Shown in pieces: positions 56,909-64,000 of a stretch of 64,000 nt of DNA. Each line of letters opens with the position of its first letter. Positions within the stretch are counted from its first letter, which is position 1. Both the position numbers and the translations under genes were made by a program. The notes under the pieces were generated by a model. It was given only the letters and a program-made list of their open reading frames with translations, made no database searches and was not told the origin of the DNA. The DNA comes from Alphaproteobacteria bacterium (lineage in GTDB: Bacteria; Pseudomonadota; Alphaproteobacteria; GM7ARS4; G965262615): positions 1,152,001 to 1,216,000 of the forward strand of contig OZ253545.1 in the NCBI GenBank assembly GCA_965262615.1. The letters are read 5' to 3'.

Positions 56909-57872
56909 AAAGGTTTCCTTGCGGCAATTGAGGGGGTGTCATGCCAAGATGCTGCCATGCCGTCACGCTGAGCACCCGCCCTCTTTTGGTGCGTAGCACC
57001 ATGCCTTGTTGCACCAGAAACGGCTCAACGACTGATTCCAGCACATCTCGCTCTTCTGCCATTGCCGCCGCCATCGTCTCAACGCCCACGGGGCCGCCCT
57101 TGTAGGAGGATGCCATCAATGTGAGATAGTGGCGATCCATGTCATCCAGTCCCAATTCATCAATGCCCATTGTGGCAAAGGCTTCATTCGCGCGCGTCAT
57201 GGTCAATTGGGATTCTTGCGATGAAAAATCTCGCAAGCGTCTGAGCAGACGCAATCCATTGCGCGGCGTACCGCGCGCCCGCATGGCAATCGCCGCCGCC
57301 ACACCTTTCTGCAGAGGCAATTCCAAGCGCGCCGCTTCTTTTTCAATCATCACACTCAATGGATGCACATCATAAAAGGACAGTCGCAAATTAAGACCAA
57401 ACCGCTCCCGCAACGGACGAGATACCAATCCCGAGCGTGTGGTCGCCCCAATCAGGGTAAAAGGCTCTAAATCAATGCGCACCGAGCGTGCCGCACCACT
57501 GCTGCCAATCACCACATCCAGACGAAAATCCTCCATCGCCGTGTACAGCATCTCCTCCACCGCAGGATGCAAGCGGTGAATCTCATCAATGAACAATACC
57601 GAACGCGCCTCCAATTGAGTGACAATGGATGCCAAGTCTCCCGCACGGACAATGGCAGGTCCAATGGAATGCTTGATGGGCACGCCCATCTCACATGCCA
57701 CAATTTGAGCCAGCGTTGTCTTTCCCAATCCCGCAGGACCAGACAGCAACATGTGCTCCACCGCCTCTTGCCGATTTTTGGCGGCTTCAATCACCACCGC
57801 CATGTTGTGCTTGATGGCATCTTGTCCAATAAAGTCATTGAGGGTCTGAGGGCGGACGATGCGCGGCTTCAT
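56883..57872 (-). CDS. ruvB: Holliday junction helicase RuvB
   Basis: GPAGLGKTT, FIDEIHRL, GATTRSG, RGTPR and GGPVG motifs. Confidence 0.97.
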   Translation of the reverse strand: MKPRIVRPQTLNDFIGQDAIKHNMAVVIEAAKNRQEAVEHMLLSGPAGLGKTTLAQIVACEMGVPIKHSIGPAIVRAGDLASIVTQLEARSVLFIDEIHRLHPAVEEMLYTAMEDFRLDVVIGSSGAARSVRIDLEPFTLIGATTRSGLVSRPLRERFGLNLRLSFYDVHPLSVMIEKEAARLELPLQKGVAAAIAMRARGTPRNGLRLLRRLRDFSSQESQLTMTRANEAFATMGIDELGLDDMDRHYLTLMASSYKGGPVGVETMAAAMAEERDVLESVVEPFLVQQGMVLRTKRGRVLSVTAWQHLGMTPPQLPQGNLFDQEENDE

Positions 57873-58447
57873 GATGACAGTCTCTTGAGTGCATCGGCAA
57901 TAATGTGAGCCGTCTCTTGATGCCCCCCCTTCATCGCCTCTTGCACGGCATTTTCTGCCTCCGTCATGGCATAGCCCCATTGCACCAGAGCCATCACCGC
58001 ATCTCTGTTGTCACCCGTTGCCGCCGCCTCATCATGACGATAGGAACCGAGTCGTCCCTTGAGTTCAAGACACAAACGCGCCGCAATTCGTTTGCCAATG
58101 AGTGGCACGGAACACAGCATCGCCTCATTGGCTTTTTCAATGTGTGACACAACGCCCGCAACGCCAAAAGCTCCCAGCAACGATAATGACGCTTTTGCTC
58201 CCACTCCCGTAATTTTAGACAATAACAAAAACAGGGCGCGCTCCTCATCACTGGCAAAGCCGTAGCAGTGAATTGTGTCGTCACTGATGCGCGTCACCAC
58301 CCACACGCGCAACCGTTGCCCCAATTGACCGCGCAGCTGTTCCAGATGGCGAGACGAGACGACCATCTCAATGCCCACCCCATGCACATCCACAAGGATG
58401 GATTCTCCATCAATGCCACGCAAAACGCCGTCAAGAAATCGCATCAT
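57869..58447 (-). CDS. ruvA: Holliday junction protein RuvA
   Basis: VDVHGVG, YGF, GVGAK and IGKRIAARLCLELK motifs. Confidence 0.94.
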   Translation of the reverse strand: MMRFLDGVLRGIDGESILVDVHGVGIEMVVSSRHLEQLRGQLGQRLRVWVVTRISDDTIHCYGFASDEERALFLLLSKITGVGAKASLSLLGAFGVAGVVSHIEKANEAMLCSVPLIGKRIAARLCLELKGRLGSYRHDEAAATGDNRDAVMALVQWGYAMTEAENAVQEAMKGGHQETAHIIADALKRLSS

Positions 58448-58938
58448 GATGGCATCTTCATTTTTGTGCCGATCATAAACCCATGACACAACGCCACCGC
58501 CAGCGCATCCCATGAATCTTGCGGCAAGTCAGACGGCACATCGCCCGTCAAACAATGACGCACCATCATCGCCACCTGTTGTTTGGATGCTCCGCCATTG
58601 CCAGTCACACTTTTTTTGATGGTGCGAGCGGCGTAGGATACAATCTCAATGCGGTTGTGTGTGGCGTGTGCCATCATCATGCCGCGCACCTCGCCCAGAC
58701 GCAAAGCCGATGCGCTGTTGCGTCCCACAAAGGCTTCCTCCATGGCAATCACGCAAGGAGCGTGCTCACGCAGCAATTGCGCCATTCCGTCCGACAGACG
58801 CGCCATGCGCGCCGCCACGCCATCGCCCTCGCCATACAATGCCGATGCTCCTCTGTAGTGCATGCCATCGCTTCGGCACTCAATCACGCCCCAGCCCGTC
58901 ACCTGCGAGGCGGGATCTATGCCCATAATCAGCGTCAT
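58444..58938 (-). CDS. ruvC: Holliday junction resolvase RuvC
   Basis: MGIDP..TGWG, KKSVTGNG.A.K.QV and DALAVALCH motifs. Confidence 0.95.
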   Translation of the reverse strand: MTLIMGIDPASQVTGWGVIECRSDGMHYRGASALYGEGDGVAARMARLSDGMAQLLREHAPCVIAMEEAFVGRNSASALRLGEVRGMMMAHATHNRIEIVSYAARTIKKSVTGNGGASKQQVAMMVRHCLTGDVPSDLPQDSWDALAVALCHGFMIGTKMKMPS

Positions 58939-59663
58939 GCGACAAGACTGTAGTTAGAAAACACCGCCACCACATCCTGATTGTCCTCCAATAGCTCTTC
59001 ACATTTTTGCAAGGTCGCCGCCGTGTCTTGTGCAACTTCAATCTCTGTCAATGGACGCCACACCAAAGAAGCACTCTGAGGCGCGCCCAGCGATTGCACA
59101 CAGTGCTGCACCACCTCATGATAGTCATCCACCGCCGTGATGATATGACAGCCCTCATCATCCTGTTCAATGTCCTGCACATTGAGTTCACAGGCAACAT
59201 CAAACACGGCATCTCCTTGTGCCTGTTCATGGCTGTAGAAGATGTGTCCCATGTGCTCAAACAAGTGCGCCACCGAGCCATCCTGTCCCAAATTGCCGCC
59301 GTGCTTGCTAAAAATAGCCCGCAATTCCGCCGCCGTGCGATTGCGATTGTCGGTTGCGGTCTCCACGATGAATGCCACGCCCGCAACCCCAAAAGCCTCA
59401 TAACGCACCTCTTGATAACTGCCCTGCTGATTCTCTCCACTGGCACGGGCAATGGCTCTGCTGACGGCATCTTTGGTCATGTTGGCAGCGCGAGCCGACA
59501 GCAACGCCAAACGCAACCGAGCATTGCGATCGGCATCACCACCGCCGCCCAAACGAACAGCCACCATAATCTCCCGAGTCACACGACCATGCAAAGACGC
59601 CCGCTTCTTGTCTTGAGCATTCTTGCGGTGCATGATATTCTTGTATTTGGAATGACCCGCCAT
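58935..59663 (-). CDS. yebC: YebC/PmpR family protein
   Basis: MAGHSK, RYE and TDNRNRT motifs. Confidence 0.95.
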   Translation of the reverse strand: MAGHSKYKNIMHRKNAQDKKRASLHGRVTREIMVAVRLGGGGDADRNARLRLALLSARAANMTKDAVSRAIARASGENQQGSYQEVRYEAFGVAGVAFIVETATDNRNRTAAELRAIFSKHGGNLGQDGSVAHLFEHMGHIFYSHEQAQGDAVFDVACELNVQDIEQDDEGCHIITAVDDYHEVVQHCVQSLGAPQSASLVWRPLTEIEVAQDTAATLQKCEELLEDNQDVVAVFSNYSLVA

Positions 59664-59743
59664 GCAACCCAGCACCATAGCAATAAATCAACCGTAGTGC
59701 CATAGACAATCCCGCCATCATGTTGTTATTACCATCCCATAGA

Positions 59744-59816
59744 GGGCCCGTAGCTCAGTTGGTAGAGCAAGCGACTTTTAATCGCTGTGTCGAAGGTTCG
59801 ATTCCTTCCGGGCTCA
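59744..59816 (+). tRNA. tRNA-Lys(TTT), CCA not encoded
   Basis: GGGCCCG/CGGGCTC acceptor stem; agcga-ctTTTaa-tcgct anticodon arm; GGTTCGATTCC. Confidence 0.96.
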
Positions 59817-59837
59817 CATTCTTGCTATGAGCTTGTC

Positions 59838-60200
59838 ATGACCAAACGCGACTCACAAAAAGCCATAGACGATATCTTGCGTAAAGCTCAGCAGCACACG
59901 CGAGATAACGATGCCGAACGCAAAAAGCCGTCAAAGGCACAGGTGCGCAAAACCATGCGTCTCATTGAGCGCGTGCTCACTCAGCGAGACACCATCAAAC
60001 AGCAAAAAGGTGATGACCCCGCCACAGAGTGGGAAAATGAATTTCTGAGTGGCATCAAGGGACGCATCAAAAGCTATGGCGCAGCCTTCTTTGACCCCAT
60101 GAAAGGCGATAAAAGCAAATCACTGTCCTATCTGCAAAACGATAAATTGCGTGAGATTAAAAAATCCATCACGAAAAAAAATACCGATCGCCGCTCATGA
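59838..60200 (+). CDS. Hypothetical basic protein
   Basis: ATGA overlap with hemA; TEWENEFL..YG.AF.DP.KG..LS.LQ..KL.EI looks like a conserved motif, family not identified. Confidence 0.7.
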   Translation: MTKRDSQKAIDDILRKAQQHTRDNDAERKKPSKAQVRKTMRLIERVLTQRDTIKQQKGDDPATEWENEFLSGIKGRIKSYGAAFFDPMKGDKSKSLSYLQNDKLREIKKSITKKNTDRRS

Positions 60201-61417
60201 ACTACGATCATTTTTTCGCGAGTAGCCTGAACGCAATCAAAAAAGAAGGACGCTACCGCATCTTCGCCGATCTCAAGCGCAAGGTGGGCGAATTCCCCTA
60301 CGCCCTCAATTATCACAAGGACGGCATTGATGAGGTGGTGGTGTGGTGCAGCAATGATTACCTCGCCATGGGACAACATCCCGCCGTGCTCCAAGCCATG
60401 CAAGACGCACTGCACCAGTGTGGCGCAGGCAGTGGCGGCACGCGCAATATATCCGGCACAACCCACTATCATGTCATGCTGGAGCGGGAACTGTGCTATC
60501 TGCACCGCAAACCCTCGGCTCTGCTTTTTACATCGGGCTACATCGCCAATGAAGCCACCCTCAGCACACTAGGACGACACCTGCCCGACTGCGTCTTTTT
60601 GTCCGATGAAGACAATCACGCCTCCATGATTCAAGGAATGCGTCATTCGGGGGCACAAAAGGCGATTTTTCGCCATCATGACATGAAGCATCTGGAGTCT
60701 TTGCTCAAGGAGCACCCTGCGGATCGTGCCAAAATCATTGCGTTTGAATCGGTCTATTCCATGAATGGTGACATCGCCCCCATCAGCGATATTGTCCAGT
60801 TGGCAAAAAAATACAATGCCCTCACCTATCTTGATGAAGTCCATGCGGTGGGCATCTACGGCAGACGCGGCGCAGGACAAGCCGAAGCACAAGGATGCCT
60901 CGCCGATATTGATATCGTTCAAGGAACGCTCGCCAAGGCTCTCGGCACCATCGGCGGCTACATTGCCGCAAGCCAAAATCTCACCGATTTCATCCGTAGC
61001 CATGCCTCCAGCTTCATTTTCACAACCTCCCTGCCGCCCGCCATTGCCGCCGGAGCTTTTGCCGCCCTCAGACAACTGAAAAAAAGCGACCAAGAACGGC
61101 AAAAACTATTTGATCATGTCACTTTTCTCAAACAAGAACTCACCAAAGCCGCCATTCCCTTCCTCAATCATGACAGTCACATCATTCCCATCATCATCGG
61201 CGACCCCCATCGCTGCAAGGAAGTGACCGATACTTTGCTCAATCAGTTTCGTATCTATGTCCAGCCCATCAACTACCCCACCGTTCCCAGAGGCAGTGAG
61301 CGCATTCGCATCACACCCACCCCCAAGCATGACAAAAAACTCTGCACCCAACTGGTCACGGCACTGCATCAATTGAAGAAAGAAGGAATTCTCACTAATC
61401 AACAAAACGAGGCGTGA
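60197..61417 (+). CDS. hemA: 5-aminolevulinate synthase (C4/Shemin pathway)
   Basis: WCSNDYL, GGTRNISG, NHASMI, DEVHAVG and INYPTVP motifs. Confidence 0.97.
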   Translation: MNYDHFFASSLNAIKKEGRYRIFADLKRKVGEFPYALNYHKDGIDEVVVWCSNDYLAMGQHPAVLQAMQDALHQCGAGSGGTRNISGTTHYHVMLERELCYLHRKPSALLFTSGYIANEATLSTLGRHLPDCVFLSDEDNHASMIQGMRHSGAQKAIFRHHDMKHLESLLKEHPADRAKIIAFESVYSMNGDIAPISDIVQLAKKYNALTYLDEVHAVGIYGRRGAGQAEAQGCLADIDIVQGTLAKALGTIGGYIAASQNLTDFIRSHASSFIFTTSLPPAIAAGAFAALRQLKKSDQERQKLFDHVTFLKQELTKAAIPFLNHDSHIIPIIIGDPHRCKEVTDTLLNQFRIYVQPINYPTVPRGSERIRITPTPKHDKKLCTQLVTALHQLKKEGILTNQQNEA

Positions 61418-63572
61418 TGAGAAAACTTCTGATGTCATTAAAGGCATTCATGAGTTCTTGCTCATTGATGGCGGTGAATGTGCGCTCATCCCAGTGCTCT
61501 TGTGCCACACAGCGTCTGATGCGCTGATTGACGGCATTGCGGCGGGTATCCACATCTCCCGTTCCTGTGGTCACCACGCCAATGGTAAAGACCATCACCC
61601 CGCGATCTTCCAAATACGGACACACATCGGCATAGGCACGCGCCGACAACTCATTTTGCACACGACTGTTGGATGAGGGATCCCTGCTGGCAAGAATGTC
61701 ATTATCTCTGTTGGCTGTTAAATTGGTCGTTGGTGACATCAGTGCCACATGGCGATAACAAGCCGCCATAGTGGAGCGTCTGTCACCTGTGCCAGTGCAT
61801 CCTGTGGCGTTGGGATTAAAACAATGTTCTTCAACAGTGTCATAATCCAAATAATGTAACGCACTGGACGAATTCGGCGGACGGTGACCCATACAGGGAC
61901 CAAAATTACTCCAGCCATAGGCATGCAGCGTGCCTTTATAACGCCCCGAAGCCAAAGTGTTGGTATAATTGTTCTCCGTCAGATTGATGACATCCCGAGC
62001 GCGCCAACCACCGACCCTTCCCAAATAGGTATCTAATCGTGCAAAGTTGCTGCCCATGGGCGAATTGGCGTAATTGATGGGCATATCAGGTGCCGCCAAG
62101 CCCGCTGAATTGTTGCTCTGCGTCCATTGTCCGCGGCTCTCAAGAGGAAAATTCGATTGACCCGTTCCCACCAAAATCAAAATTTTCATTGCGTGACTGT
62201 CCTCATCGTAAGGCGGCGCATAGCCACTGTACCAAGTGGCATTGCCTCGTGCATTTGTGACAACCTGTGTGGATTGATTGACTCTCGTCAGCCAATGCTG
62301 AACCCAACGAGGCGATAGCATCCGCAAGCCCCATGCCAAGCCCTCCACCAATGCCGCTCCCCCATAAGGCGATGCCAGCTCAATGGTGTCAACAATGAGA
62401 GATTCATTATTCTCCAAAGCCAAAGAAGGCGAATACAGGGGCGAATTGCGATCGAAGTGAGCCCAAGGACTGGATGTATCGGTGGGATCCGGATATCTCC
62501 ATACCTCCAAACAATTCCATTCATACAAATAGTATGGCACCACAGCATTAGAAAAACGAGCCTCTTCAAAAATTCGTGTATAGTTGGCTCCCTCCCGATC
62601 TTTACGATTGTAACCCATCGGCACCATATGAGCGTTCGCTGTCCACAGAGGCACATCATTGACATCCAACAAATCATCCCATCGACGAGTCGTCTGCCGA
62701 GCCGTCCCTGCGCTGTTGGTTGCCGCAAATTGCGGATTATTCCGTGGGCGAGCAAAAAAACAATTGCTCGGATAAATATGCCTATTGCGAAAACCGCCAC
62801 TGGGATAATACCGATTGTTATAAAAAAAGCGAAACTGGGGATAAGCCCGTCTATACAAATGCCATGTCTGCCTCTCATAAAAAGCCACATTCTCATTATA
62901 GAACACCACCCCCATGCGAATTTTTTCGGCGTTAATGCGCGTCTCGTCAAAGGAGTCAAAAACATCCCGCACAAATGCCACAAGACTATCTTGCACATCC
63001 TCAAACAAAGTGCGCCGACAACTGCTGTTGAGGGTAAAGTTATTCGCCAGCGTGGTGGTGCACGGACTATAGGCAGCACCGCCACCATCGGCGGGCGAGC
63101 GCACATTCAAACTGCCAGAGCGTTCCACAACCATCACAATCTCCATGTGACGAGGATCCGTCTGACGAAAGGTGGAGGTCACGGTGGTCTCCAGAGAATC
63201 CAAACCATACAGTGAGGTGAAATAGGCGGGAACATTGATATCAACTCTGCCGGTGATTTGCCTATCGGTGAATGTCACATTGATTGTGGGACGAGCCACG
63301 CCAAAATAGCGCGCAGGGAAATTGGCTCGAAAAACGCCGCCAGCGAAATAGTTCAAGGTCACCTCTCTATCTTCCACCGCCGCCGCCGAAGAGGCGGCTA
63401 ATAAGGCTTTATCCAAAGAGGTCTGTGCTTTATCACGCACCAAATAAAAGCGAGCCACATCCACCGCCGCACCGCCAACACCAATCAATGTCAACGCACT
63501 CAGGGCAAACAATGGTATGATCGCACCGCCGCGCGTCCGCCATAAACGCTGAAAATATCTCATCATCAACAA
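61395..63572 (-). CDS. TadG-like Flp pilus protein with vWA domain and large insertions
   Basis: RGG..I.FAL..L...GAAVDVAR...Q..LD.ALLAA N-terminus; MVVERSGS; GLAWGLRMLSP; VFTIG. Confidence 0.85.
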   Translation of the reverse strand: MLMMRYFQRLWRTRGGAIIPLFALSALTLIGVGGAAVDVARFYLVRDKAQTSLDKALLAASSAAAVEDREVTLNYFAGGVFRANFPARYFGVARPTINVTFTDRQITGRVDINVPAYFTSLYGLDSLETTVTSTFRQTDPRHMEIVMVVERSGSLNVRSPADGGGAAYSPCTTTLANNFTLNSSCRRTLFEDVQDSLVAFVRDVFDSFDETRINAEKIRMGVVFYNENVAFYERQTWHLYRRAYPQFRFFYNNRYYPSGGFRNRHIYPSNCFFARPRNNPQFAATNSAGTARQTTRRWDDLLDVNDVPLWTANAHMVPMGYNRKDREGANYTRIFEEARFSNAVVPYYLYEWNCLEVWRYPDPTDTSSPWAHFDRNSPLYSPSLALENNESLIVDTIELASPYGGAALVEGLAWGLRMLSPRWVQHWLTRVNQSTQVVTNARGNATWYSGYAPPYDEDSHAMKILILVGTGQSNFPLESRGQWTQSNNSAGLAAPDMPINYANSPMGSNFARLDTYLGRVGGWRARDVINLTENNYTNTLASGRYKGTLHAYGWSNFGPCMGHRPPNSSSALHYLDYDTVEEHCFNPNATGCTGTGDRRSTMAACYRHVALMSPTTNLTANRDNDILASRDPSSNSRVQNELSARAYADVCPYLEDRGVMVFTIGVVTTGTGDVDTRRNAVNQRIRRCVAQEHWDERTFTAINEQELMNAFNDIRSFLITPRFVD

Positions 63573-64000
63573 ACCCTCGCCGTATTGTCGGTCTCTACCG
63601 TGACTGTTTTAGAAAAAGCAGAGTAGCTGGACCCTCTGTGAATGGTAAACGCAGGACCCGCCGCAATCAAAGTGGGCATGGACACAACAAAATTCCAATA
63701 GGCTTCATAGCGAGCCCATGCCTCCACAACAATGGCTTTGATGCGACCGTCACGAATCACAAATTCGTCATTACCCCCAATCAAATCCATAATGCGCGCC
63801 CCATAATCGGGAAGAGCCGATTCGTTATAAATTTTTCCTGTGGGCGCATAAAAACTGGAGCGTTTGAGCTTGCCTTTGCTAAAGCTGTAAATCACCCGCA
63901 TGCCACTCACCAGAACGCCGTCTTCTTCGGCATCATAGGCATCATCGGCAAATTCCACAATGGCAATGTTGAGCTGATGGCGATTTTCATCCACAGGACT
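63566..64000 (-). CDS. Probable TadE/TadF-like pilus protein, truncated at window edge
   Basis: Directly upstream of and overlapping the TadG-like gene; VVEAWARYE C-terminal pattern; synteny only. Confidence 0.45.
   Translation of the reverse strand, partial: SPVDENRHQLNIAIVEFADDAYDAEEDGVLVSGMRVIYSFSKGKLKRSSFYAPTGKIYNESALPDYGARIMDLIGGNDEFVIRDGRIKAIVVEAWARYEAYWNFVVSMPTLIAAGPAFTIHRGSSYSAFSKTVTVETDNTARVC

Overview
A gene-dense window from an alphaproteobacterium, inferred from ALA synthase hemA, a CtrA-like regulator, an alpha-type PqqA and the yebC-ruvCAB-ybgC-tol order. The Sel1 proteins, vitamin pathways and divergent core proteins suggest a streamlined host-associated symbiont (inference). 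From ~9.4 to 64 kb it is mostly housekeeping. This part holds bioF-H-C-D-(vapD)-A, hemB, a CoA-transferase, an Ala/Gly symporter, the mraZ..ftsZ dcw cluster, thiO-S-G/rplU-rpmA-obgE-proBA-nadD-rsfS, pabB/C, panB/C, ggt, a frameshifted thrC, an M16 peptidase, a reduced tol-pal cluster, ruvCAB, hemA, Tad genes and three tRNAs (Arg-CCG, Ala-CGC, Lys-TTT). The first 9.4 kb is the unusual part. Housekeeping genes there are interleaved with a recurring convergent module: Sel1-repeat gene -> <- tail-anchored, length-variable coiled-coil gene (DUF1640/CCDC90-like). All five coiled-coil copies carry the same portable TTGACA-17nt-TA(T/C)TCT promoter exactly 7 nt from the ATG (leaderless). One 1.4-kb module is bounded by a duplicated in-frame bioA 3' end, like an integration scar. 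Also found outside the ORF track: an orphan 25-aa PqqA, a 36-aa mini-ORF duplicating the Pal N-terminus, 71-bp tandem copies of the CtrA-like recognition-helix DNA, and divergent bioF/hemB start codons sharing one CATG. All calls were made by eye from motifs and synteny; no searches were run.
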